A stretch of DNA of 64,000 bases from Tubiluchus corallicola. Taxonomy: Eukaryota > Animalia > Priapulida. This document shows positions 26,614 through 39,372 of this stretch, piece by piece. The notes under the pieces are model-generated. The model made no database searches. It was not told the DNA's origin and saw only the letters and a list, made by a program, of their open reading frames with translations. Numbering within the stretch: the stretch's first letter is position 1; each line of letters starts with the position of its first letter. The stretch spans positions 534,846 to 598,845 of the forward strand of contig JAQGDQ010000032.1 in assembly GCA_030141605.1 (NCBI GenBank), given 5' to 3'. Both the position numbers and the translations under genes were made by a program.

Positions 26614-26644
26614 CACTACTAATATCACACTACTAATATCACAC
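26614..26644. repeat. 14-bp tandem duplication
   Basis: cactactaatatca x2 + cac. Confidence 0.9.
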
Positions 26645-28840
26645 GCTTTACACTTTAAACTAAAAGCATATTAACAAATATACAAATTTAAATAACATCG
26701 CCCAAAGAAACAAATTTGGGCCTTTTTAACTTACTGATTTGCCGATATATAATTAGGTACAGGTACAACATTCGCAATTGCACCTTATTTAAAAGAAGTC
26801 CATCTAAAAACTGCCCATAATAGGCCTTCAAGTGGCCTTGCAACCCGTCCTCAGAAGTCACTGACCTATGAGATAAATGGAAATTTTTACTGTGAATACA
26901 ACTCAACAGAAAGCGTGCTGCACTATTAGTGATTCACAAACCAGTTCATTTAGTTAATAATGTACTAACGATAATGTTGATGATTGCAAAGTACTATGCG
27001 ACACATGCACGTTTATCAGTAGGTTGCAGTAGTAGAAAACAATATGACACCACAAACACTTGTTGCGTCAAAGTAGAACAGGTGCTAAATATAATAGGGG
27101 CGGGTAAACAGATTTAAAGCTGCTAAAAATGGGGCCCAGCAAAATGCCTCCCTGGGATATCAAGCAACAAGTTTTTATCTGCACTTATGGCTCGAACAAC
27201 GTGTTACAGTGCTTTCAGTTGGTTATACGACTCGAAGAAAGTAATAATACACAGAGGTCACGCTCTGGTCTTGTTCAAGATAACGCAGACAAATATCTAA
27301 AATATGACCCCAGCTGCGCCAGAAGCGCTTCAAAGCAAACAGTCACAAATTCCAAACCCAGAAAAGTGTCAGTTTTTTTGGCACAGACGATGTTTATCGC
27401 ATATCTCACCGAAATTGTCATCGAAATTGGAAGCCTGCTGACTTTTGTTTATTCTTCGGAACAAGCTTTTTTTCGTTCAAAGACAGTCGTATGGAGTCGG
27501 AAGCAGTAGAGTTTATCTGTATCAGTGTTCTGGTTCACATGTAACGTGCGACGAAAATGTGGGTGGGCCGAATTGGGTTTCGCATTAAACGACTGCGAAG
27601 CAAATAATCAGTGCCTTAATTCTGTAGACTCCAAGTCTAACACAAGCAAGGTGGTGCCGAGTCGCGAGGACCTCTGGAGTTTAGTAATCATGTGCTTCTG
27701 GCGGGCCATGGTTGTTTATGGTTCCATAACATGCCTATAGTACTGTCCCTATTTCAGATGTTGTCTCCCGTGATTCCTTTATTTTTTCCGAATAGAATGA
27801 AATTTGTCTGCTGTCCTGTCCTGATTCCAAACAGTGCATTTTTGGTGGTTCCTCCAAGCTTTTTGCTGATAAAGATTCAGCACTAAGGCACTTATTACAT
27901 ATACATATTTATAGGCTAGTTTGACTTTAACCAAACAATCTAGAATGAACAATCATCTAACTAAAATCTGGTATACCACATCAATTATAAGTTGCCTAGT
28001 GTTGGTTATATAACTCTTTACAGCTCTTCAGTTATATAAGTTATATATAAGCCTCTTGCAGTTTTGTGCATAATGACTTATTCATTTATTCACAATTACT
28101 GCTCTGAAGCCTTTTAAAGTAATATGAGTAATGTCAACTGAAATTATATACATACGAACCATATTTTTCAGTTCGGCTATAAGCCTTTTTGGTAGCAAAA
28201 TAGCATTAATGAAAAAATGTACAATAATAATTTCGGATAGCGACAAAATCAGAAGTTTATACATTATCATTATAGGCACTAGGTGCAGACATTGTAAATG
28301 AAATGGAAAAGAAGGAAGTGTTTCATTTAAATCCAGTATTAATTTAGGGGATGGCTGAACATAGTCAATGTATGCGGCCCAGTAATTATATGGAAACTTG
28401 GTTTGGGGAAACAGGACAAAATAATCGTGCCCTTTATCTGACAGTATTAAATCATTTTTAATACTATGTTAGTTCTTCTTGATGTAAAATTTCTGTACTC
28501 TCTGTCGTCACATTTGTGTCAGAGCTGAGCGAACGTAGGTCCACAATGGGTTCTTTAATATTTCGCCCTATTCAGTTTACGTTATAATGGTTATTCAAAA
28601 TAATCACAGCGAAGACTGACCGGCAGGTTCTTGGCAAATTAATTTTTTATCTATTGAAAAACATCTCGGCAAAATCATCAGCAAACACAATAAGTATAAC
28701 TGTATGCTGGGAGGCGTCACTGGTCACACATGTCCTTCATTGAACCCTGAAGGTTATCAATAATAATATCGCACGATTCCGTTACTGGGCTTAGAGTGAA
28801 CCCGAAAGACATTAATTATTTAATCTTCATGGAGCCTTAC

Positions 28841-28870
28841 CCGACGGTAGTTCAAAGCATGTGGCATCAT
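28841..28870 (-). CDS. candidate short first exon MMPHALNYRR|, phase-0 donor
   Basis: Minus strand ATGATG...CGTCGG|GTAAGG; the frame stays open upstream to an ATG at 28945. Confidence 0.25.
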
Positions 28871-31298
28871 GTAGATTTGAGAATTTAGCAACGAAAAAAA
28901 TCGAAAAATGCATCTCAGTGCCCGTAAAAGAGACGCATTCTTCATTCACCGACATTTACACAAGTTTTATTTAGTTTAAATTACTTCACTTGAGCGACAT
29001 TTTCTAAAATTACGCTATGACAGAAAAGGCATCCATTATGTTCATTTTACAGATACGATCAACAAAATTAAACTAGGCAGTCAAACCTACACCAACACAA
29101 AATCACGGAAACCGATTACCATCTAAAAAATTTTAACAGTCCATTTCAGCTACTATATGGCTCCAGAAACAACGTATTATCGTTGAGCAGTGTTCATGAC
29201 AATACGTCACATTGATCTGGCTTTGGTGGGAACACACTGAAGCATAATGTACCACAATATCAGGGTCATGATATAATAACCAGACTTGATATCAGCTGTA
29301 ACAAGAGGAGACATAATCATTCATTATGCTTGTAGTATGTACATATAGTTGTGTTAACGACACGGCTTTTAAAGAAGTTTAGACCACCTTCTGCCTTTTG
29401 TCTCTATCGGTAATGGTGGTTTCATATCAGTTCTGCTCCACATTAACTTGTCTGAAATATGTAGCTTTGTATTCACACCTCACAGCGCAGAGCCAACGTA
29501 CATCTAAAGCTTTTGACTTCATTGTCACCGCTGAGTTTCTGCTGCTATTACTACCGTCGTTGCTACCTGATGCTTGCTACAATAAGTACCTTTCAAAAAC
29601 ATAAAATTTTGAGAATTTAGGCACTTTCGTCTATCCGTTGGTGTCAGTTTTATCCAAATCAAAAAGCTCTTGCAAAGTTGTTTCTAGACAAAACTAAATT
29701 TTTCAAATTTTGCGTTTTTAATTTCATCAAATTATCGATTTCTGATTGTGAATCAATTGTTTTTTTTATTTTTCCAATAGCGCGAATTTTGCCAAAACCC
29801 TACAAGTGGTTATAAACTTATCCAGTAACTGTAGAAGCCGCTGAATCGCACGTGTTGTTTTTTGCGGCGTTCGATTCCGAAAATTTAATGTAATTTGTTT
29901 AATAAAAAATGGCCGATAAGTGTTTGCAACGGGTAAGAAATTCTTATACTACTCCAACAACTCCTAATTATTTATCGAGTGGCGTTGGTCCTAGTATAAA
30001 AACTGTATCATTTTCAACCTATTTATTATGGTCGATTAGTGATCATAGATTTGTTGTTTTAAAAAAAGAGTGCACATTTATTGCTTCTTGAATGCAGGTG
30101 CTGCAAAACAATGTGTTGACTTATGGCGAAATGTAGGGACTCAGATGCGTCAGAAAAAGCCGTCCATCATTATGCACTCCTCTTCTCCTCTCTGTTCTTC
30201 AACTAGTCTAGTACGTAATATGCTGGTCAAATTTTATTGTTTTTCAAATCTCCAAAAAACTAAACGAAAATACATAAGGTACAAGACTAAACGTAACCAT
30301 GTCTATATATGAAACCTAACTCGAAGCGTTTACAATACCATTTTGAATGAACGTTTTTACCAATTTCATTTCAAACTTGATTTGTACAAGCGTCACGTCG
30401 AAATATTAGATTACAAAATTGGATCAAAATAATACGGACTTCTTGAAAATCATGAACATGCTTAAACATTGTATTGAACTGAGTAACCAAATTTCCCCAA
30501 GATTTACCTCAAGTTTGCACTGATTAGCGTGCAAAGTCAGGCGACATACGTCGAATGCAGCAGAGCCAATCATGTTGCGTGAAAACTGTAGGCGGTACCG
30601 CTATCGACATGAATGACAGAGTTGCAAAAATAAATGATGATGCCGAATTCACAAGAATTTGCTCTTAGCCACCAGTTTGCACTCTGTCTAAATCGATGAA
30701 AAATCGATTTTCAATTTTTTTGAAATTTTGACTGAATATAAAAAGTATTACTCTATATCAAAACTACAAAGAATGCAAATTATACTTTTAAAGTACTTGA
30801 TGACCAACATTTATTGTGATTTTTTTTTACTAACGCTCAAGATCAATAAAGCGATTTTTAACTAATCCACAGTGTTATAGTTATTGTTAAAGAGTATGGA
30901 AGCCATACTGTTGAATACGAATCTTATAGGCATAATCTAGCAGAAAATCATCATGCGCAAATTATTACTAAACTGGTGACAATAATGATTTTGTACAGAG
31001 CTGTTAATATAGGAATGAAAAACCACAACTGAAACAAGATACTGTACAGTATGCTATTGTCGTGATTGAGGGGTCTATATAATTCTCACTTTTTGTACAG
31101 TGAAATCACCGGTCACAATAACCTTCTTAATATTATTAAAAATACAACTTTATAACTTTATTTTACAGAAATGTAGAACGATCGATTTGCAGTAAATTAT
31201 CTAGATAAAATTAAATACGTCTGTACGTAGACAATGTATGTAATAATTGTACTCTCCTGTACACTCTCCTGTATGTGCGTCTCCTGTACCAATTTTAA

Positions 31299-32367
31299 TT
31301 AAGATTTTGCAATAGCAAAGTCTTCTTGGACTTCGGACAGTTATTTCTTATTTATTTATTCTCAGCAAACTTTTTGGTTAATAACTCGTTAGGCTTGCAA
31401 GCTCGGGTCACAAAACTCACAGGCTGGATAACACTGGGAGGGGCAAGGGCAATAGTGTGCTGACCTCTGACCTCTGGTTAAGGGGTGAGGGACACTGGGC
31501 GTCTGTCCGTTTTTCCTTTAAGTCGCATCCTCCTAGAGCTTTCAGTTTTTTCAAACTATTCACAAACATTTGTGTACTATGGGGTACATGTGCACCAGGG
31601 GCTTTAAAAAGCTAGCAAACTTTCAACGTCCGAGGGAGTGACCAAAATGCAATATTGGGGGTACCCGCATTCGGTGACCCTTTAGAAACTGAGGGCTATG
31701 GACACAAAACTCAGAGGGTATATTTTCTGGGTAAAGGTAACTATGTTTGTATGTGACCCGAGAACGCATTGTCAAAGGCCACGGAGTGGGCGGGTCTTCA
31801 CTTATTTTTCTTTATGCTCCAACTGCTTTTACAGTTTTTTTAAGCTAGAAACGTAATTTTTGGTATTTAGCTAAGTGGGATCGCGTCCATGTGTATAACT
31901 AAGTACGGAACATGCGCGTGTAGAAAATATTCCGCTAGGGAGCGAAACCGAAAGGGTGTGGGAAATACGAAAGCATCGAGTGTCTAGCAATAGTACCATG
32001 TAACATATCAAATGAAAGGTCTCGATGAGGAGACTCAAATAGTTATGCAAATCCACTAGAGGGTCAAGGAGACAAATGCCTTCTATTGTCAGCCAAAACT
32101 AGTTTGTAGTACGTCAAATGAAAGGTCTCAATGAGACAAACCGAATGGTATAACTTATGCCGAGATTGTTGACCTGTGACCTATGAGTCACGTGTTGAAA
32201 AGTCACAAGTTGCGATTTAATTGTGAAGTGCGGTTCTTAGGTAATCAATCATCGAGAATTCAATAAAATCAAAATTATATCTCGAACGAAAAGTTTTTCA
32301 AGGTCCAATTTCTGTACTGTTTGCAAAATCTTAAGTTTTTGACCACGTCAGAAACTTTGTCAACTAG
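31299..32367 (+). mobile_element. Helentron-associated non-autonomous element (HINE/DINE-1-like)
   Basis: Perfect 14-bp sub-TIRs: TTAAGATTTTGCAA (31299-31312) and TTGCAAAATCTTAA (32321-32334). A partial inverted repeat of the 5' sub-TIR follows it (gcaaagtctt, 31315-31324), then a ttatt-rich stretch. An internal duplicated core reads tcaaatgaaaggtctc(g/a)atgag. The 3' end has the stem-loop gtttttgac-cac-gtcagaaac (32335-32355) followed by CTAG|TT. Confidence 0.8.
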
Positions 32368-35300
32368 TTTGTCTTGTTTATAGTTGCGCATCTTTTATTC
32401 CATTATTCAAATAATTTTATTACACGTATGAATACTTAAATACTTAAATAAATATAATAAAATAAAATCAATCATTATTTATGCCGCAGCAGCAGAAAAA
32501 TACACAAAAAGTATCAGTAAATCGTAGTTATTTGTACAAATCAGCAGTTAGTTTAGTCTATGAAACCAGACGTTCGATGCACTTGGCATATTTTATTAGT
32601 CCTCTTACTCGCTGAAGACATTACTTTTATCAGTTCTTTTTACGTCTTGTGTGGCTTTCGATGGCTGCAGGATTTATGCGCACGCCAGGAAGTCAGTGAG
32701 GAGCAGAATTTGACAGATTCCCCTGGGCCATATGGGTCGCATCTGAGACACGGGCGTTTACACAGCGCCGCCGCACGTCTTATTTTAGGCTCCTATAAAA
32801 CATGCAGTTGTGATCAAACGTGCCAGCTGTCGCGAAACAGAGGCCGCATTTACAGGAAGGTATTTTTGGCGGAGCTTCACCTTGTTTGGGAAGCCAGATC
32901 GGGAGGGGAAGGTGGAGCTTATACAAATAACTAGAGTCATACCGGAAGTAAGAGCCAATGTCTGCAACCTGACGCAAGTTGAGACACTGATAGCGAGGAA
33001 AAACTTAGTTCAGAACATAAGACCCTAGCACACACAAAAGTGGCTTCTTCTTGTCCTAAGTGCTGCAAGTTTACAGTGGTTCTAACTGAAGATTATTTCC
33101 ATGAACTTGACCAACAAACGAAGGAGCATTTCTAATGGGCAGCCTAATGTTACAAGGCCAGTTCTCTAAACAAACAGGGTACTACAATTTGTTTACTGAG
33201 ACTGTTTTCTACACGCCAACTTTCGAAAATAGTATCACCGACGAAGGTCAGTAATAAAATAAAGTGACGCTAAAGGAAACGCTGGACATTCTAATTTGAT
33301 CATTTAATATTACGTGATTAGTCAGTCGAACAAGCACGTATGCCAAACTTGGTGTCATGTAAACAGTCCAGTTGCCACAAAGTTCATATCAGGTCACCCT
33401 CACCCTGCGATACAGACAGACCTCTATGACTGAAGCCAGATGGTCACATGCTGGTACCAACCAGCAGCTGGACAAGGCCATATAAGACAACTAGAAATCG
33501 GACACCGACTGTTCGAATATAGGCCAATATTTAGAGGTCAGAGCACTTCCGCAATTTAGGATGACATTTTGTTAATTGTAAAAAGAAATTAAGCTCAATA
33601 AATCGAGATATTAAGATCTGGCATATGAATTTGATCAATTTTCTTAGTTATTAAACAGTTCGTTCGTCGCACATTAGTTTAGTTTAGTTTTTTACTCATT
33701 TATTTGCAGTGTTTATTTTCTGCATGTCTTTCTTATTCACTTAGTGTTAGCTGTTTTCCTCTGCTTTTTCTTCATTAATATAATACCAAAGTTTTTCCTT
33801 CGTGTATTAGTATTTTAGTTTTTCTGGTTGCACCTCACAGTTAACTTCACTTTTCCTTCTCTCTTCCATAAGTTATTTTCTTCCTTTCTTTATTGCTTTC
33901 TTTTTACCTGGCTTTCTCTTCTTCAGATAATTGTTTTCTTGTGTTTCGTTTAGTAAAGGAGTGGCTGCTTGTCATCCTGGTATCCTGTATCAAATTAAAT
34001 GTACGCGTAATATTTTGTTTTGAGGCAAGTGAAAATTCAATATTTATGTGAACTGTATTGTTTATTTGGTAGCTTTTTTTTGGTGAACAATACCGCGATT
34101 TGTCGTCATATTGCATTTTCATTTTATATTTCTGTGCCACATTTGAGTTACTTGCCTACAAAACGGAATTCCCTGAAATCATGCAAGTGCTTTTAAGATA
34201 CATTGATCTTTTACTGTACACAAATGTTCTGTCGCATTATTTATTTAATACTGATATTTTAGAACAAATTACCGAAATTGACACTTGAATACAAGATGTT
34301 AGTCAAATTTGGTGATTGGGAGAAATGCCTATGATTCGCGATTGAGAAACGGGGAATGATTCAGAAAACGCTGAAAACCACTGAACTATATACGTATATT
34401 TATGTACGCCCGGTGTGTATGTCTTTCCGCTTCTGAAAAATGAACTCTGACGGCCAAGATGCACCGTCATGCAGATTTTATCCACGACCAATTGGCGTAA
34501 TGACCCGCTGTTCGTAGAATGAGGACATTCTTGTTATGCTATCCTGGGGGGAGGAATAGTCCACAACGGATCAAGTGTTCACAAACAGCTGCTGGAGGAA
34601 ATGGAATGACCAGGCTTTTATCAGTCACACATTCTGTGCCATCTTACGCGCGTGATTATCAAAAGAGTGGGTTTCCTATCTGCACCTTCATTTCTGAGAT
34701 ACGTGCAAGGTTTCGAAAACTCATATTATTCGTAAGCGGCTAAAATTCATAATTCAATGCAAAGGTCAGGAAATCGTTAATTTAATCTTCAAATTTCATT
34801 GGACGAGTGAGTGACCTTATGCAGTGCTCAGCAATCCCAGGAAAAACACCCTGCAGTGCCTTAACGTGTCTCTCTCGTGGACCAATGACTATCATTTGCA
34901 ATAAGACAGAAAGGAGTTTGCATTTGTGTTGCCAAACACCAGCAAATATTTCGAAATTATATTTATTTATTTAGTTAAAAATTTATATCATTTATTCGTG
35001 CGCACGAGATACAATTAATACGTTAACAGAGAAAACTCTGTAGAACAACACGAAGTTGCTTAACAGAGTATTTAAAACCATGACAAACGCAGCGTAACAA
35101 AGAAACATTACCCAACTCATGCAAATGTACTATGTTAAATTAGGCTTACTTGAAGCCGGTAGAAACCAACTAGATACAACATGCACTGTGCACAGTATTT
35201 ATTCACTAGCGTCAGTAAAACACGGGCATTCCACGTAGTCTGGCGTAGATATTTTCGCTAGTTTGAAGCCATGTCCTGGGCGGCACGACATTACGCTCTC

Positions 35301-36776
35301 TCAGGAATCACTTTCAGTTTCGTTAGCAATAAAAGCCTGATTAATCTTAGCCATACAAGGAAATGTGACAACTGGCAGGAACACATCCCGAATCTAATCT
35401 AGCAGAGTAGTACTGACAGTGGATGATTGGGCTCCCTGAAGGGCGGCCAGGAGAAATTTGCAGCTGACGACACCGCTCTCTGGAGATCATCTAACAACGA
35501 CGTGTCACGAAAATTGCCTCATATTTCAGCCGCCTCATAAGACAAGCAATTCTACAAGCAAACTGCAAAACAGCTTCTGTTATTCCCAACCTTTTGCATT
35601 GGGAACTGAGTGCAAAACTGATGAAGTTAAACGCTAGAGTGAAAAAAGTCTGATTGCGTCACCAATAGAGGACACATCTGGACGTTTCCAGGGAATCCGT
35701 GTCGTGCGTTTCAGTGTTCAGCTAATAATGATTAATTATAATTTAGATAAATTAAGGACAGTTAAAATCAGAACAGTTAATTTGTTGGCAAACTGTACAC
35801 TGAAAAGTGTACTGACTCGCATGTTTGCATTCTAATGAACGATTTGAAGAAAACCGGATGCTGCAATTCTCGTCAGCCATCAATAGTGATCATTTAAAAT
35901 GGTTTTTCGTCTTACTTTTAACTCAATGAGCCGACACATATTTTTGTTCTCTCAACATTGCATTTGAATTCATCTTACAGGGGGTTGGCAGTTTAAGTGC
36001 CTAGATTGCATACACCTATAGTCTGCAGCTTATTGCTCAGCATTTTAGACTTTCTACATACGGACTGCCATCTATCAACGAAAAGAAACATCAAGAAGTA
36101 ACACTATAAAACTCTTGCTAGTTGGGCAAGAATTTATAATATTTAGCGCGTTGAAACAGTTCATCCGAATAATTTTCCGTCATTTTTCGGCGGAAATCAG
36201 AACGTTGTGGTTTAGAAACTTACTGCACATATTAGCATGCTACTAAACACTGTAGTTTCACTATCAAAAATTTTAATTTATATAGTACATAAATATTAGC
36301 AACAGACTTATGAACTGGCGAATGACCTGTGCAGGCCTGACCCTAAAACAGCAATAATTTTGTCTTGTCCACAGTTCAATTAAAAAGTTAAGCTGGACAA
36401 AAACTTATGAGAATTAATGAGAATTTCCGAAGATTCTATGAAGTTCGTGTGAACTAGGCAAGTAAATTCACAGGACTTATTATAAACGTCAGTTAATTTA
36501 TCATTTGACTTAAGTTACACATGAACATATTTTATTCTGTAGTAAGCTATGCGCTGCAATAATATTTTCATTACGCGACATTTGTTACAGATTTTTTCTA
36601 CATAACTATAAATATTTCAAACACAAAAGGGAAGCATTATTTAGCTATTTCAAATAATGGCTCTCACGTTATACAAATTAAGATCACGCACCAGTGCTTT
36701 CCATAGAGTACAAAAGGTTGAACTCGCTATAATCAGGTTACAACTATAAATTTGCTATTCTTCGTAATTGCATGCA

Positions 36777-36805
36777 GATGATGATGATGATGGTGATGAT
36801 GATGA
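36777..36805. repeat. (GAT)n microsatellite
   Basis: gatgatgatgatgatggtgatgatgatga. Confidence 0.9.
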
Positions 36806-36953
36806 CAACATAATAGTCGTTAGTTTGCACTATATAAAAAAGAAACGTTTAGAAGACTGCACTAATTTACGCTGCAGTCAACAACATAAATATTATTCAC
36901 AAGATAGAGATATCCTGGAGAAAGAGAGGGTAAAGAAATAAAAAAAGAATGAC

Positions 36954-37023
36954 TGAGAGAGAGAGAAAAGACACACAGAAAGAAAGTGAGTGAGTGAGTG
37001 AGAGAAAAGACACACAGAAAGAA

Positions 37024-37106
<83 letters not shown>

Positions 37107-37107
37107 G
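36954..37107. repeat. compound (GA)n/(GAGT)n/(GACA)n microsatellite with duplicated 26-bp block
   Basis: gagagaaaagacacacagaaagaaag occurs twice, followed by (GA)n and (GACA)n. Confidence 0.97.
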
Positions 37108-37243
37108 TGAAAGGTTTATTTTTTATTAATTTTACCGATTACAAATTTTTATCAATTTACAAATCTACTTGAATGCAATCCACCTATGCCTCCAAAAACT
37201 TCATAGATACACACTAATATACCATGAATAAATAACAGCTTAC

Positions 37244-37294
37244 CTGAGGCTCAGTTACGTTTGACTCATCCTCATCACTATCTGTCCCCGCCAT
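37244..37294 (-). CDS. candidate alternative first coding exon MAGTDSDEDESNVTEPQ|, phase-0 donor
   Basis: Minus strand: aatATGG start context, 17 codons of acidic protein-like sequence, consensus donor CAG|GTAAGC. Confidence 0.55.
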
Positions 37295-37362
37295 ATTGAT
37301 TTATCGCTTCATGAATGGAAAGTACGCTCTGTCAATGCTGTCACTAAATAGCTAGTGCTTAC

Positions 37363-37371
37363 CACAGATTC
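37363..37371 (-). CDS. candidate 9-nt microexon (GAATCTGTG)
   Basis: Minus strand: ...ctcattaccactttacatttgctttttacag|GAATCTGTG|gtaagc. Strong acceptor and donor, frame-preserving length, no stop in any frame. Confidence 0.55.
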
Positions 37372-37784
37372 CTGTAAAAAGCAAATGTAAAGTGGTAATG
37401 AGTTTAATTGTAAAGGTTTTTTCACTATGCCTTCGATTTCGATGTTCAGTACAGTGTGCAACTGTGCACATGGTAAAACTTGACTTTGACGTTGACCTTG
37501 ACCTAAGGTCATTTTTTGTTGTAATAAGACACAATCAAATCTGAACTTGTGAAAGGCCATCTAAGTTGGATCTCCGTATTTTATATTTTACCTAATATCA
37601 GATCCAGCCAGTTGCCTGAAGTAACCAAAATTAGTCCCTTTTTGTCGCACAAGCAGTTTCAACTTGATGGCAGATGAATCTTCTCTGAACTGCCTAAGGC
37701 ACGTAGAACAGCTGGTTAGTTAAGCACCGCCAGGCCTGATTAATAAACAAGTGGATGCAGTAAAAATATTCCGGATGGACTCAC

Positions 37785-37798
37785 TTGTCCCGCTCCAT
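37785..37798 (-). CDS. candidate start-codon-bearing exon end ATG GAG CGG GAC AA| (phase 2)
   Basis: Donor CAA|GTGAGT at 37785/37784, with an in-frame stop immediately before the ATG. A possible acceptor gttttcag lies at 38111. Confidence 0.3.
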
Positions 37799-39104
37799 CT
37801 ATTTCTTTAGCAAGGCAAAAATGTATACACGCATGAACGAGGCTAACATAACTCTACCAGTAGCATCTCATCTCAAAGATTATTCTCAACAGTCAGACAC
37901 GTTCTGGTCCTGCCACACCACCAACATATGTAGGTCTGCTATAAGTCTAGAAACCAGCTTGCAGGGTACTGAACTGCGTACAGCAGCTGCTATTAGAACT
38001 CTACTACTTAGTCCATACACGGCCCTTCAAAAGAATGACATTCAAAACGGTGAACTCTGTCCACACGATCAGTTTGCACATAACTATTTGCCACTAACTT
38101 TTCTTCACTTCTGAAAACGGCTTACATGAAAGCGAGCTTTGTTTAAGCATATTCAGCAACAGGAAAACGAAATCAATGAAAAAAGAACTTCGGAAAAGAA
38201 ATTAAACGAGAAGTTATTATCAAATATTTCGGGAATTAAAAGCAGAAGTGCAAATTAATTTTTAAATTACATTCGGACAGCAAAACGTATGTTCGATTAC
38301 TGAACAAATTTTCACATCTAAATAATGTAGAAAGACTAGGTTGTTAAGACGCCATAGCTTGAGTATTTGCATATTAGTCGCCACAGTAAGTTCCTGTACA
38401 AGTTTATAAAACTTGAAGTCACTCACTGATACTTTTGCACTCTGGCTTACAAAATACAATTATCCGATTGCATTTTGTTAATAATTCGTTGTTTTAGTGA
38501 TAGCACGGCGTTCTGTCTAGCTCAGTATCTACCACGCATTATTATTGGTTGTTCTTTCCGATAATAAGAACCTACACAGACGAAAATTAAGACCTGCTTG
38601 ATATCACCAAACATGAATGACATTCAAATTTCACTGACGTTCTCGACGTCCACACGGTTCTACAACATTGAGAAAATTCGAGAATGACAGCGTTTAGAAT
38701 GACCACGAGGAGCGCATATAAGCGAAATAGAGTAAACTTTCCAGAAAAAAGACTTTTGACCTTGCATGGCCCACTGAAGATCGCTGAGTAGGCGAATGCT
38801 CATCGGATACTTCCACTTTTAGAAGCTATAGGTTGGCTGCCCAACTTTTTAAGGTTTTGTCAGATTGCGCGGCCGGCTTTATTCCTCCTCCTCCTTCTTA
38901 CCATCATCATTTTCGTCCTTGTCGTCGTCATCGTCGTCATAATCATCACTGTTTCAGTCATCTAAAGGTTTGCGTTTCGATGCAGGCAAAAATAATTAAA
39001 GATAGATTTAAATGCTGTTATTAAATTCTAACAACGAAGGACTGAATTTAGGTACATTTTTGTAAACTAATCTGATTATTTACTTAAATTATAGTTAAAA
39101 TAAC

Positions 39105-39122
39105 AGTCTATAAAAATACTAT

Positions 39123-39160
<38 letters not shown>

Positions 39161-39178
39161 ATAGTATTTTTATAGACT
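39105..39178. repeat. perfect 74-bp palindrome centred on (TA)17
   Basis: agtctataaaaatactatgg-(ta)17-ccatagtatttttatagact. Confidence 0.97.
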
Positions 39179-39372
39179 CTCTATATTGAAATAATAAAAA
39201 TAAATCAGTGTTTCAAAAATCTGAAAAGTACAAGCTAAGTCTAATCGATCTATACCTTATATTGGGTTTATCATTCTTTATAACCTGTGCACTTTAGCTA
39301 GTACGCAAAAGGGATGCTAAAAGATAGGTGTAAAACTAGAACGTCTGTGCGATGCAAACCTATTACCATAAT

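Noticed and set aside
29909-29932. plus-strand aaaATGG...CGG|GTAAGA mini-exon (MADKCLQR)
   Set aside because: Isolated, and AAAATGGCCG is a common non-coding or TE motif. Kept only as a control showing that such patterns arise by chance.
32560-33135. GC-richer patch with overlapping ORFs and a possible exon 32789-32859
   Set aside because: Weak donor, stops in all frames and no recognisable protein.
33908-33984. minus-strand exon-like DTRMTSSH...EEEKAR
   Set aside because: Lies in a low-complexity T-rich tract and the donor GTAAAA is weak.
38896-38950. ATGATGATG|GTAAGA donor on the minus strand
   Set aside because: Generated by a (CAT/CGT)n simple repeat.
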